Notes under the pieces: generated by a model
What the model saw: the letters and a program-made list of their open reading frames with translations, nothing else
Database searches by the model: none
What the model was told of the DNA's origin: nothing
Origin: an uncultured Marinilabiliaceae bacterium
GTDB taxonomy: Bacteria; Bacteroidota; Bacteroidia; Bacteroidales; VadinHA17
Assembly (NCBI GenBank): GCA_942491535.1
Contig: CALOBV010000007.1
Coordinates: 69,975-133,974, forward strand
Length of the DNA stretch: 64,000 bases
Direction of reading: 5' to 3'
Position numbers and translations under genes: made by a program
Shown here: one piece after another, positions 49,016-59,792 of the stretch
Layout: every line of letters begins with the position of its first letter
Position numbering within the stretch: the stretch's first letter is position 1

Positions 49016-50956
49016 GGCAATTTAACAGTTCCCGTAATCCGTATCTCTGTCCTTCTATTTCTTCTCATACCTTCCCGGGTATTATTATCAGAAACAGGCA
49101 TTGTAGCACCAAAACCCTTATAGTTTATCCTCCCCGAATCAATCCCTTTTGAAATAAGAAAGTCTTTAACCGATTCGGCCCTGTTTTGAGAAAGGATCTG
49201 GTTATGGCTATCAGATCCGGAAGAATCAGTATGGCCCCCAATCTCAATTATAATAGTTTCATTTTTTACCAGGAGGTCGTACAACTTATTAAGCTCAATA
49301 AGTGATTCGCTTAGCAGCTCCCATGAATCTGTTTCGAAGAAAACATTATATAGCGTCATCATTTCTCCAACCCTTATAGGGCTCAATCCAACCCGCACAA
49401 TAAAAGGTTCGGCAACACTGTGCTCTCCTTCAAGAAAAAAGCTTTCAGAAAAAAACAAATATTTGTCTTTATTTACATTAAGCCCGTAGTTTTTGCCTGG
49501 CGGTAAGACAGATAAGAAATTCACCATTATCATTTGTTGATGATATCAGAACGGTCTTTTTATTAATTAGATCGGTTAATTCATAACGTGCCTTTAATTT
49601 TCTTCCGGAAATCTTATCATATACTGTTCCCTTTATATACGATACAGGATCTGGTCTAAGTTGATCCGGGAGATTAAAATAGTAAAGATCCCTGCCCTTT
49701 CCCGGGTTTATCTCCGACGAATAATAAGCTCTATCGCCTGAACCATTAATAATCAACCCCATTTCATCTGTCTGAGTATTAATAGGATATCCAAGATTCT
49801 CGACCTCTGTCCATGTAGTATCATCAATCATCCTCGACATATACAGATCCAGACCACCCATAGAAGGTCTTCCATTTGATGAAAAATACAATGTCAATCC
49901 ATCAAAATGTATAAAGGGCGACATCTCATCCCCAGCTGTGTTGATATCGCCACCCAGGTTTACCGGTTCTGTCCAGTTTCCGGATTCTGACTTCTTGCTA
50001 TACCAGATATCCATTCCGCCATATCCACCTGGCCTGTTACTGACGAAAAACAACTTTTGACCGTCTGATGCCAGTGATGGCTGCGACTCCCAGTACTTTG
50101 TATTAATTGGATTACCGATATTCATTCCTGATATCCACCCCCTTGATGTTGAGGCAGAATAATATATATCACATCCACCCTTGCCATCCTCCCTGTTACA
50201 GGCAGTAAAGTACATATACTGACCTCCGGCAGCAAGTGACAGGGCACCTTCGTTGTAAGGGGTGTTCAGCGGGTACCCGATATTTTTGGCTGGCAAAAGC
50301 ACATTATCTTTCATCTCGCTGAAATAAAAATCCTCCTGGTACCTTATGCCATCAATATTTCTGGCTCCTTCAGCTATCTGTCGCGTAAAAAAGAAAAGGC
50401 TATTATCAACTGTAATAGCAGGCCAGTACTCATCGTACTCGGTATTAATCGAATCGCCCAGGGATACCGGAAAAAACGTAACGGGATGTTGTTTTGCCTC
50501 TATTGCAAATTCACAGTTTATCAGGTACTTCCGCGATTTCTTTATCAGCTTATCTGATTCTGGTCCGGTTTCCAGGAAAGACCTGAAAAACCTGGCAGCC
50601 CTGCTATAATCTCCAAGCATAAATTCAACCTCTCCAAGGCTGTACATTGCCGGAACAAAAAACAGAGAGTCGATCTCGATAACTCTTCTGAAATTATTGG
50701 CCGACTCATTATATTTTTTTTGATCCTTATATAGCTCTGCAAGTAGAAGAAAGGCCTCAATAAAATCATTATCCCTGCCCGTAGCTTCAAGGAGATGATC
50801 TTCGGCAGTTTTGTAATCGACAAAATCGTAAGCTCTTTTCCCTTCTGTATATGATTTAAGTGCACGATTCGATCTGGTATGCAGATTCTGTCCCGAAGCC
50901 TGGAGTGAAAAAACTGAAACTATTAATAATACAAATATTGTTCTTATACCCCTCAT
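49012..50956 (-). pseudogene. TPR / TolB-like (PD40) beta-propeller / OmpA-domain protein (about 648 aa), frameshifted
   Basis: ORFs 49478..51001 and 49012..49533 overlap in different frames. The junction ...NDNGEFLICL|PPGKNYGLNVNK lies at minus-strand CTTACCGCC (plus 49499-49507). The C-terminal OmpA motif is GHTDSSGSDSHNQILSQNRAESV...NRRTEI. The likely start MRGIRTIF (ATG 50954-50956) overlaps the queE stop (TAATG). Confidence 0.75.
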
Positions 50957-51579
50957 TACGGTATTTTCATATACTTGTGGCTCTGTAAAGATATCCTCCA
51001 CTTATTATTTTTCAGAATATAATCAACTATCGTGCCTATTATACTATCAAACCGGCTCCATTCGGCTTGCAGAAATAATTCACATGAATCTTGCACTCTT
51101 AAACTCATCTTTTCTGCCCAAATAAAATCTTCACTCTTCAGTATTATGACCTTAAGTTCACTTGCCCTTAGTTCAATATTTCCAACAGGTGGAGCATTTA
51201 TTTTGGGCGACAAGCAAATCCAGTCCCATTCTCCGGATAAATGATAGGCCCCTGAAGTTTCCAGATAAGTTTTAACCTTATGCTCCTTTAATAATCTACA
51301 CAGGGGGTTCATATCCCACATTAATGGTTCTCCCCCTGTAATAACTACAGAGTCTGCTCCGGCATCAAGAACATGCTGAACTATTTCCCTTACCTCAACA
51401 AGGGGATGAATATCAGGATTCCATGTGTATCTTGAATCACACCAGCTACACCCTACATCACATCCTCCTATCCTAAGGAAATAAGCAGCTCTGCCGGTAT
51501 GATAGCCTTCTCCCTGGAGGGTATAGAAATGTTCAACCAGCGGAAGCTTTTCTCCATTTTTTATTACTGTTTCCTTCAT
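50956..51579 (-). CDS. queE: 7-carboxy-7-deazaguanine synthase (radical SAM)
   Basis: 207 aa. EHFYTLQGEGYHTGRAAYFLRIGGCDVGCSWCDSRYTW is a QueE-type cluster motif and N-terminus. Confidence 0.8.
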   Translation of the reverse strand: MKETVIKNGEKLPLVEHFYTLQGEGYHTGRAAYFLRIGGCDVGCSWCDSRYTWNPDIHPLVEVREIVQHVLDAGADSVVITGGEPLMWDMNPLCRLLKEHKVKTYLETSGAYHLSGEWDWICLSPKINAPPVGNIELRASELKVIILKSEDFIWAEKMSLRVQDSCELFLQAEWSRFDSIIGTIVDYILKNNKWRISLQSHKYMKIP

Positions 51580-52493
51580 TACTTCTTACCTGGTAAAATT
51601 ATTTTATATACTGTCTGGGCTGAAATGGTTCGTTCAGATGCAAGATAAACAAGATTTTCTTTAACAAATATAGATTCTACCTGTGTATATTTAAGTTCAG
51701 GAATTATATATGTAGTATATTCACCTGAAAAGTCAATATATTCTCCCGTTGAGAGAACAGTTAAATATGTATTTCCTCCTTCGTAACCACAGAGGTAAGT
51801 TTTTCCGGCAACATCATCATTAAAAGCACCTGTTACAAGGTATTTAAGGTTTAGCGAATCAATTGCTCTGAGGCTTACTTTGCTTCGGGGCTGATTTTCC
51901 AATTTATAGAGGCGACAGGTTCGATCGCGCCAATCTTTTGAAAATAGCCATATACCCTGTCGGTTAATTACCATTGCCTCACAATCCCATGAATGCTTTC
52001 TATATTCCCTTAGATTAAATGATTCCTGTAATTCATATTTAAATTCAATAATTTCGGGCTTTGATTTTTTGAAATAGATACTGTCTGGTAAAATTTTATA
52101 AATTTTAAGATCTTTCCTGTTACCGGCATTATTACCGAAATCTCCAATATACAGGGTATTATTATAAGAACTAATTTCCTCCCAGTCGATATTTTTTGTC
52201 CCGTAGATTTCCTGTGATGAAACAATATCAAAGGTATTCTGGTCAAGGATATAAACCTCATTCTTATTTCCACTATCGTTTATAGCATAAATCTTACCAT
52301 TTGAAAATGTAATTCCTGAAATCTCCGATAGCTTTGAATCGAGTTTATAACTCTTATTAACAGATAGAGAAGGATATTCCTGGGCTATCGATACAGCAGA
52401 AATGAGCAGTAAGGATATTATAAGAGTAAAAACCCGGGAAATCGTAAAAACACCCGGGCTCAATCTAGCTGCTTTTACCAATTCTGATATCAC
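51579..52493 (-). CDS. secreted beta-propeller-like protein, function unknown
   Basis: 304 aa with a signal peptide. Repeated strand-rich segments (ISGITFSNGKIYAINDSGN..., LYIGDFGNNAGNRKDLKIY). Overlaps both neighbours, so it is operonic. Confidence 0.4.
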   Translation of the reverse strand: MISELVKAARLSPGVFTISRVFTLIISLLLISAVSIAQEYPSLSVNKSYKLDSKLSEISGITFSNGKIYAINDSGNKNEVYILDQNTFDIVSSQEIYGTKNIDWEEISSYNNTLYIGDFGNNAGNRKDLKIYKILPDSIYFKKSKPEIIEFKYELQESFNLREYRKHSWDCEAMVINRQGIWLFSKDWRDRTCRLYKLENQPRSKVSLRAIDSLNLKYLVTGAFNDDVAGKTYLCGYEGGNTYLTVLSTGEYIDFSGEYTTYIIPELKYTQVESIFVKENLVYLASERTISAQTVYKIILPGKK

Positions 52494-53584
52494 TTTTGTG
52501 TAAGTATTTTCCTTATTTTCTTAAACAGCTCTGTGTTATCATAAATACCTGTAAACTCATAACTTTGAGGTCCGAAGGCATAAATAGGCACAGGTGTTCC
52601 GGTATGTCCGCTCACTGAATAACTGGCAGAAAGACTTCTTCTTTGCAGATCACCGTCTATCAGTGTCATACCCCCTGTTTCATGGTCGGCAGTCAAAAGC
52701 ACTAATGTCTCACCTACATTATCGGCATAATCAAGAACTACTCCCAGGGTTCTGTCAAGATCTATTGTCTCCTCAAGTATATATTTTGTATCATGGTTGT
52801 GTGCAGCCCAGTCGATCTGAGATCCTTCAATCATTAAAAAGAAACCCTTATCATTATTTTGCAGCGTTTCAAGAGCTTTCAGTGCTGAATATGCCAGCAT
52901 ATCTCCCCTGCCCTCAGCATAAGTTGGTAAATGCACATCGGCAAGTAATCCGGCAAGTTTAGTGCTACCCTCTACCTCAAGCAGTTCTTCAACAGACAAT
53001 ACTACGTCGTAACCCTCTGACTTAAGTTCCTCGATAAGGTCTTTGCCATCGTTCCTTTTTGAAAAGTGATCTCTGCCCCCACCGATAAATACATCTGGTT
53101 GAGTTTTCAAAAAGTCCAGGGCAATTTCTTCATAATTATTCCTGCTAATATTATGAGCTACAAAACTTGCTGGTGTTGCATGAGTTACTGCACTGGTACT
53201 AACAACCCCTGCAACTATATTATTTCTGTGTGCAATTTCTATCAGATTGGTTAATGTAAGGCTATCCGGTGTAAGACCAAGCATTCCATTCTTGGTTTTC
53301 TTTCCGGTTGCCATGGCTGTACCGCTTGCAGCAGAATCGGTAACATAGTTATCAAAAGAATGTGTTTTTACCATACCAATATTCTTTACCCTTTCGACAT
53401 TCATATTCCCTGAATAAACAGTCATAGCCCCATATAGATGCGATAGTCCCATACCATCACCTATAATAAGTATTACATTCTTTGCTTTTCCTGATGAATT
53501 AACATATGCATTACTGTTACAACCTGTAGAATAAACAAGTACAAGCACAAACAATAATGTAAAATATTTCTTATAAATCTTCAT
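52490..53584 (-). CDS. alkaline phosphatase (PhoA family)
   Basis: 364 aa. Motifs IIGDGMG, TDSAASGTA (nucleophile Ser context), DWAAHNHD and TADHETGG. Confidence 0.85.
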   Translation of the reverse strand: MKIYKKYFTLLFVLVLVYSTGCNSNAYVNSSGKAKNVILIIGDGMGLSHLYGAMTVYSGNMNVERVKNIGMVKTHSFDNYVTDSAASGTAMATGKKTKNGMLGLTPDSLTLTNLIEIAHRNNIVAGVVSTSAVTHATPASFVAHNISRNNYEEIALDFLKTQPDVFIGGGRDHFSKRNDGKDLIEELKSEGYDVVLSVEELLEVEGSTKLAGLLADVHLPTYAEGRGDMLAYSALKALETLQNNDKGFFLMIEGSQIDWAAHNHDTKYILEETIDLDRTLGVVLDYADNVGETLVLLTADHETGGMTLIDGDLQRRSLSASYSVSGHTGTPVPIYAFGPQSYEFTGIYDNTELFKKIRKILTQK

Positions 53585-53590
53585 AGTATT

Positions 53591-55360
53591 TTACTCCCTG
53601 CTAAATAATCCGACAATTTCTGCCTCCACCATACCATCAATAACCTTCTCTGGGATAAGCTTCCAGTTTTTGTCAGTTTCAATTCTTAATGTATCAATAT
53701 CTTCTATCCACTTCATCATATAATATCTCAGATCCTTAACTGTTGATCTGACTATTCTTTTATTAATTTCTTCCTTGCTAAGATTACACCCGTTCTCAAG
53801 GTGACCTCCTCCCCCATTTCCGCGGTAGGAATTCATAGCTACATTGTATATTGAATCAGCATAGAAAGCTCTCCCATCCGAAAACCCGCTGATTTGAACC
53901 TTCTTCCCGTCTTCATTTCGAAGGTCAACAGTATAGTCGATGCCGGCAGCAGAATCAAAATTATAATACCGGTTCAATAGCATATTATTACTCCCATCCT
54001 GGTATTTTAAAATTCGATTTTTTCCTTCGGTCAATGTACTAAACCACATACTGCTTGAGTATTCAAGATATTTATCGATTTCCTGACCGCTTAACCGGAC
54101 AGTATAGAGCATATTCTCAAACCTGTATAGATCAAACATATCATCCACCCGAAGTTCTCCTGAGTCAATCTTTACATCGAACGACAGTGGAGCTGCAAAA
54201 GAAATATCCGCACCTGATGTCTCCATCTGAATCTGATGAATCAAATCCATAAAATCTGAATCACCAAAATATGATTCTCTCGATGAAATTGTTTTGTCTA
54301 AATAGCCAATCGGCCTGCTGATATAATCAGATATTATACTGTAATCATTCTTAAACTGATCTTCAAAGTCCTTACTTACCGCCAGTGTATCGGTCCTGAT
54401 ATGACTTCCCTTAATTGATATTATTTTGGGGTCCTTTTTGCCTGAGAACTCTATTTCAGCCAGAGAGATAAACCTGGCATGACTGCCGCCATCCAGTATA
54501 AGGACACTGTCTCCTTTCTCCGTAACAAGAAAATCATTCATAAGATCGTGATCATGTCCAATGAAAATCAGATCAAACCCAGGAACTTCACGGGCAACAG
54601 CTAATGAAGCATTTTCATTCTTGAACGAACCAATATCCCCTCCACCATATTTTTCATTCCATCCTGCATGAAACAGACCAATAACCATATCAGGATTTTG
54701 CTCCAGAATAACAGGCATCCACTTGCGTGCCGAAACCACCATGTCTTCAAATTCGATCCCGCTGTACAAAATTTCAGGAAGCCAACCCGGGACACCAGGA
54801 GTAATTAGTCCAAGTACCGCAATCTTATAGCCATTCTGTCGAACTATCGTATAAGGTGTAAAGTAGGGTTCTCCATTCTGAGTATTAACAGCATTTGCTG
54901 CGAGCATAGGAGCATTGTATTCTGTTCTTATTCTGTCATAAACACTATGTCCGGCTTCAATATCATGATTCCCAACAGTAATAGCATCGTAATTGAGATA
55001 ATTTAATACCCTGGGCCATAAATGGCTTGTGCTCGTATCCTCAAAATTGTAATAATAGACCGAGGGAGTGCCCTGGAGATTATCGCCATTATCGAGTAAT
55101 AATAATTCTTTAGAGCTAAAATTACTCAGATAACTTGCCACTTTCGACATCGAATACCTGGCTTCGTTCCCCGTAGCAGGATCATGTCCAAAAATAACAC
55201 CGTGTAAGTCAGTCGTTGCAGCCACATATATTTTATTATCTGTATTTCTACTACACGATAATAATAAGATAAGTAGAAAGAATATGGATATCGTTCTAAT
55301 CAAGTTTACAGGTTTTTGTGAAGTATGATGCAAAATTAATTTCTTAAATAACAAAATCAC
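53591..55360 (-). CDS. bifunctional metallophosphatase / 5'-nucleotidase lipoprotein
   Basis: 589 aa. Lipoprotein signal LLLSC. Metallophosphoesterase motifs TTDLHG, DNGDNLQG, GNHD and IGHDHD, plus a C-terminal nucleotidase domain. Confidence 0.8.
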   Translation of the reverse strand: MILLFKKLILHHTSQKPVNLIRTISIFFLLILLLSCSRNTDNKIYVAATTDLHGVIFGHDPATGNEARYSMSKVASYLSNFSSKELLLLDNGDNLQGTPSVYYYNFEDTSTSHLWPRVLNYLNYDAITVGNHDIEAGHSVYDRIRTEYNAPMLAANAVNTQNGEPYFTPYTIVRQNGYKIAVLGLITPGVPGWLPEILYSGIEFEDMVVSARKWMPVILEQNPDMVIGLFHAGWNEKYGGGDIGSFKNENASLAVAREVPGFDLIFIGHDHDLMNDFLVTEKGDSVLILDGGSHARFISLAEIEFSGKKDPKIISIKGSHIRTDTLAVSKDFEDQFKNDYSIISDYISRPIGYLDKTISSRESYFGDSDFMDLIHQIQMETSGADISFAAPLSFDVKIDSGELRVDDMFDLYRFENMLYTVRLSGQEIDKYLEYSSSMWFSTLTEGKNRILKYQDGSNNMLLNRYYNFDSAAGIDYTVDLRNEDGKKVQISGFSDGRAFYADSIYNVAMNSYRGNGGGGHLENGCNLSKEEINKRIVRSTVKDLRYYMMKWIEDIDTLRIETDKNWKLIPEKVIDGMVEAEIVGLFSRE

Positions 55361-55457
55361 TAAATAATAGTAATTTTGGCATCAAAATATGCTATTAAAC
55401 TAACAATGTGCTATTGTTTTTGTTTATTTAGCCATTTCGAAATACTTAATAGTGATT

Positions 55458-56624
55458 ATGGTTCAAACAGGATTCGATATTATTTCAAAAAAATTACCTG
55501 AAAAACTTATCGGAAAAAGCGCTGCTGTACTATGTCACTCTCCCAGTATTAACGGAAAATATCAGCATATTATTGATTTCCTTGAGAGCAATAATCAGAT
55601 CAGGATAAGTGCTATCTTCGGACCACAGCATGGTCTCTTTGGTGAGACACAGGATAATATGATAGAATGGGAAGGTTATACTCACCCCGTGTATGATATT
55701 CCCGTATATAGCCTTTACGGTAAATTCAGAGAGCCCCTGCCTGATATGCTTACAAACATAGAGGCTTTTATTATAGATCTTCAGGATATTGGTGCCAGGC
55801 CATATACATATATATGGACAATGAAGCACTGTATGGAAGTTTGCGGTAAACTGGGAATCCCTGTTTGGATACTCGACCGACCCAACCCTGTAAGCAGGCT
55901 AGGTTTTGATGGTCCCCTGTTAAAGCGTGATTTTTTCACTTTTGTCGGTGAAGCAGAAATACCATTATGTCATAATATGACCATAGGTGAAATAGCCCTC
56001 TGGATAAACAATTTCGAATCCACCGGATGTGATCTGAACATAGTATGGATGACTGGTTGGGAAAGAGGTATGTCGTTCGAACAAACAGGCCTGCCATGGG
56101 TACCACCTTCGCCGAATATGCCAGGTGTTAATACATCTGTAGTATATCCCGGGACTGTACTCACCGAGGCCCTGAATCTTTCCGAGGGAAGGGGTACTAC
56201 TACTCCATTTGAATTATTTGGGGCGCCGGAACTAAATTCAATAAGTCTTCTTAAAAACCTGAATTCCAGATCTCTTCCTGGATGTAGGTTCAGACCACAT
56301 GATTATATTCCAACCTTCCACAAATACAGTCAGAAATATTGTAAAGGCATCTTTATACATGTTATTGATCAGGATAAATATAAACCGGTATATACGGCGG
56401 TTAACATTTATGAGGCAATTATAGAGTCTACACCTGGTTATCTCTCATTTAATGATCCACCCTATGAATATGAAGACAGCCTGATACCCTTCGATATTCT
56501 TATCGGAGACAGCAGTATAAGAAAGGTTCTGGAAAACGGAGGAAGTATTAAAATAGAACAAGAAAAGTGGCTTGATGAAATAGAATCATTCAGGGCAGAG
56601 TTAAAACAAATAAGCTATTATTAA
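55458..56624 (+). CDS. DUF1343 protein (NamZ-like exo-beta-N-acetylmuramidase family)
   Basis: The track start 55452 is GTG; an ATG lies at 55458. Typical DUF1343 N-terminus (GFDIISKKLPEKLIGKSAAVLCHSPSIN), and ...FGPQHG...DLQDIGARPYTYIWT. Confidence 0.7.
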   Translation: MVQTGFDIISKKLPEKLIGKSAAVLCHSPSINGKYQHIIDFLESNNQIRISAIFGPQHGLFGETQDNMIEWEGYTHPVYDIPVYSLYGKFREPLPDMLTNIEAFIIDLQDIGARPYTYIWTMKHCMEVCGKLGIPVWILDRPNPVSRLGFDGPLLKRDFFTFVGEAEIPLCHNMTIGEIALWINNFESTGCDLNIVWMTGWERGMSFEQTGLPWVPPSPNMPGVNTSVVYPGTVLTEALNLSEGRGTTTPFELFGAPELNSISLLKNLNSRSLPGCRFRPHDYIPTFHKYSQKYCKGIFIHVIDQDKYKPVYTAVNIYEAIIESTPGYLSFNDPPYEYEDSLIPFDILIGDSSIRKVLENGGSIKIEQEKWLDEIESFRAELKQISYY

Positions 56625-56631
56625 GTCATAA

Positions 56632-57375
56632 ATGGATCCAATTCTAACATATGCCTTACTGGCCATTATTATTCTTTTCGCGAGTTTTGTACGTGGCACA
56701 GCCGGATTTGGACTTGCAATGACTGCTATGCCCCTTCTTAACCTGTTTATGAATTATCTTGATACAGTGATCCTGGCAGTTTTCCTTAACCTGATGTTTT
56801 CTGTCGTTCACCTGATACGCTCAAGAGGAAGTATAAGCAAGCTGAATTTAATCCTGACTTTATTGTTTGGGATAATAGGGGTAACAACCGGAGTAATAAT
56901 ACTGAAAGGTGTGGATCAGAACCTGCTTAAGACAATTGCAGGTATAATAATAATAATGTTTGGTTTTTCTATACTATTTGGACTTGAGATAAGAATTAAA
57001 AATAAGTCGTTCGCATTTTCTGCTGCCGCACTTACCGGAGGTATACTTGCAGGCTGTGCCTCTGTTGGCGGACCGGCAGCTGCAATAATTCTCGGCGGAA
57101 CAAACATGAAACAGGATAAATTCAGATACGCAATGTCTGTATTTTTCCTTATTACCTATCTATATTCGGCGATAATGTACGGTGCTACAAGATTAGTAAG
57201 CCTGAACAATATAAAAATGATTCTCTTTTCTCTCCCCTTTATGGCGGCAGGTCTTGTTCTCGGGGATAAAATTTCAGGTAAGCTAAATAAAAATATTTTC
57301 CGGAGGATGGTTCTTGTACTGCTAATTATTACCGGATCAATTATTACCTACCAGGGTTTTAAAGCAATTATTTAG
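56632..57375 (+). CDS. TauE/SafE (TSUP) family anion exporter
   Basis: 247 aa. Eight predicted TM segments and a glycine-rich GTAGFGLAM motif. Confidence 0.75.
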   Translation: MDPILTYALLAIIILFASFVRGTAGFGLAMTAMPLLNLFMNYLDTVILAVFLNLMFSVVHLIRSRGSISKLNLILTLLFGIIGVTTGVIILKGVDQNLLKTIAGIIIIMFGFSILFGLEIRIKNKSFAFSAAALTGGILAGCASVGGPAAAIILGGTNMKQDKFRYAMSVFFLITYLYSAIMYGATRLVSLNNIKMILFSLPFMAAGLVLGDKISGKLNKNIFRRMVLVLLIITGSIITYQGFKAII

Positions 57376-59773
57376 TCTCAGCTCTGATAGCCAGGAGCAT
57401 ATTATTAAACCTCTGCAGCTGGTCGTCTCCAAACAAATCACTACTAATTGCATCTTCAAGTATTTTCTGGGCCCTGGCAGTATTTCCGGATTTTATCTCA
57501 AGATCAGAAAGCAATAAATATGCATCTGAATAAAGCGGATGCAAATTAATTAATTCCTTCAGGACGATTCTTGCTTTATCGAAATCACCATATTTTACAA
57601 GGTAAAATGCGTAGGTATAAGAATACCTGGGGTTATTCTTATCGAGCATCCGTGCCTTTTCAATTAACTGCAATGATTCAAGCTCATTCTCTTCGGCCAG
57701 TAATACACTTAGATTAAAGGCGGCTGTAGCATTATCTTCCGAAACGACAAGTAACCTTCTAAGGAAGGAAATCGCACGGTCTTCTCTTCCGCTCTCACCA
57801 TATAATAGTGCCAGATTCAGGAGTGCCGCCTCGTTATCCGGGGAATAACTGAGTGCAAGTTCAAACATCTTTTCTGCATTAATAATATCGCCAGATAATG
57901 AGTAGAGATAACCTGCATTAATCATAGGCATGATAGCTTTCGGATAAACCTTCAATGAGTTAAGGTATGCCTCAAGCGCTTTTGAATTATCGCCCATGTT
58001 ACTGTAGAAATTACCCAGGTTATAGTACGCAGTCCAGTCATCATTCCTCGAAATAAGTGAGTTCTTATACTCTGTAAGAGCTTCATTCATATGCTTATTC
58101 TCATTCAATAAACTCAATGCATAAGGATTATTGCTCAATGCAAATGCTGCATTTAATCTCACCAACCTGTAATCATCTTCCGTCATTTGGGCAAGTAAAT
58201 CAAATGATTCCTGTCCATAATTATTAAATAATGCATGGGCAGCTGCAGATCTTACCAGAGGTGAAACATGAGTAGTCTTCTTATATATTGCATCCCATTT
58301 AAGATCATTGTCACAATTTTCCAAAAGCCTGATAAATGAAGTTGTGAATACAACATCAAAGCTGTCATTGTTAAGTCCATTGATTATTTCATCTAGACTT
58401 TCCCAGTTAGCTGCCCTGGCATCAGCTATTAATTTACCATCATAAATAGTAGTCTCCTGGTAATTACTTCTATGTTTTGATTTAACATCCTTATTAGCCC
58501 ATTCGAAACTTTTATCATTATGACATATATTGCAGGCGTTTGGAGATCCAAATTCAATACTTGCTTCAGGCATTGGAGGTCTGAACGAATGGTCGCTCCT
58601 GTCCATTTTAGCAAAGGTAGTTTTTGGCATATGACAGGAGATACAAATACTCCCTTCGCCATCTTCCTTATGAAATGTATGCGCCCCCGGATTATCAACC
58701 TTGTCGTTATGACATGGTGTACATGCTTCGTTGGGCTTATTTCCGGCAAACCTGTATCTTCCACTTGATGTATGACAGCTTACACAGTCAAGCTGGCCGC
58801 CGGATTTACACTTATTCATTTCCCAGGTAGTCATTGTGTAATTTTCTCCCAGATCCCGTCCGTCGGGGTAAAAATCCTGATTTTCTAATGTAATAAGATT
58901 GAAATAGTCGTAATACCTTTCGCCAGGATTAAAACCGGCAGCTATTACCGATGATTTACCATGACATGATCCACAAGATGAGTTATTCTGCTGCTGGCTA
59001 AACTTACTGGTCTGAATAATCTTTAAGTCATCAGGTATTTTGTTTTTGCCTGCTTTAACACATGCCCTGATATGTTCGAGGCTTGGGCCATGACATGTCT
59101 CACAGTTAATTCCCGGTTCACTCCAGCTTGTTGTGTACTCAAGAGTTTCGAGATCAAAATTAGACTCGAGCTGACTAACATGGCAATTATAGCACGAAGT
59201 ATTAAATGTATAAAGATGATTTTTCCAGTCAAGTGGCTCATCTTCCATATTTTCAAAATGTCTGACACCGCTTTCGGGATTGTTATACCACATTTCTTTA
59301 TCACAATCATAAGCTAATGGCAGCACGTGAAGTATGCCTCTCTCGAATTCAGTAAGAAAATAAAAAACATACTTCCCTCCCATAACATGAATTGCTTTAT
59401 AGGTATTTGTATCTCCTACCGCTGAGATTTCTTTAAAAATCAATTCATTATTATTTCCATTTATCTCAAACCTTGACTCACCAACATCCTCTTTTGCATT
59501 TAGAACAGATATATTTGAATTGATAAAATCAGCGTTTACAGGTTGCATGGCAAGTCCGTGAAATGAGGTGGCCCACAGCTGGTAAAACTTTTCGTGGCAT
59601 GGCAGGCAACTTTCTGATCCGGCATAACGGGCTACTTGCCTGTTTAGCTTCCAGTAATTAGTACCCCTAATCGTGAAATAGGCTGAAATTGATAATATAA
59701 TCAAAGCAATAAAAGCAACAGGATAAATGACTCTCAATTTCATTCGCAAAGTTTTAAGCCGGTCATACATCAC
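57368..59773 (-). CDS. membrane-anchored octaheme c-type cytochrome fused to a TPR domain
   Basis: 801 aa with an N-terminal TM anchor. Eight CxxCH motifs counted in the translation: CLPCH, CYNCH, CETCH, CGSCH, CVSCH, CTPCH, CISCH, CNICH. The C-terminal ~330 aa are TPR-like repeats. Confidence 0.85.
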   Translation of the reverse strand: MMYDRLKTLRMKLRVIYPVAFIALIILSISAYFTIRGTNYWKLNRQVARYAGSESCLPCHEKFYQLWATSFHGLAMQPVNADFINSNISVLNAKEDVGESRFEINGNNNELIFKEISAVGDTNTYKAIHVMGGKYVFYFLTEFERGILHVLPLAYDCDKEMWYNNPESGVRHFENMEDEPLDWKNHLYTFNTSCYNCHVSQLESNFDLETLEYTTSWSEPGINCETCHGPSLEHIRACVKAGKNKIPDDLKIIQTSKFSQQQNNSSCGSCHGKSSVIAAGFNPGERYYDYFNLITLENQDFYPDGRDLGENYTMTTWEMNKCKSGGQLDCVSCHTSSGRYRFAGNKPNEACTPCHNDKVDNPGAHTFHKEDGEGSICISCHMPKTTFAKMDRSDHSFRPPMPEASIEFGSPNACNICHNDKSFEWANKDVKSKHRSNYQETTIYDGKLIADARAANWESLDEIINGLNNDSFDVVFTTSFIRLLENCDNDLKWDAIYKKTTHVSPLVRSAAAHALFNNYGQESFDLLAQMTEDDYRLVRLNAAFALSNNPYALSLLNENKHMNEALTEYKNSLISRNDDWTAYYNLGNFYSNMGDNSKALEAYLNSLKVYPKAIMPMINAGYLYSLSGDIINAEKMFELALSYSPDNEAALLNLALLYGESGREDRAISFLRRLLVVSEDNATAAFNLSVLLAEENELESLQLIEKARMLDKNNPRYSYTYAFYLVKYGDFDKARIVLKELINLHPLYSDAYLLLSDLEIKSGNTARAQKILEDAISSDLFGDDQLQRFNNMLLAIRAETK

Positions 59774-59792
59774 ATGGTCTAGAATTTTTTAA

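Noticed and set aside
50956-51579. The radical-SAM gene as a maturase for the GG-leader peptide.
   Set aside because: Its size and N-terminal motif match QueE (7-carboxy-7-deazaguanine synthase). It has no SPASM/twitch extension, it lies in a different operon past a strong terminator, and the peptide core has no Cys.
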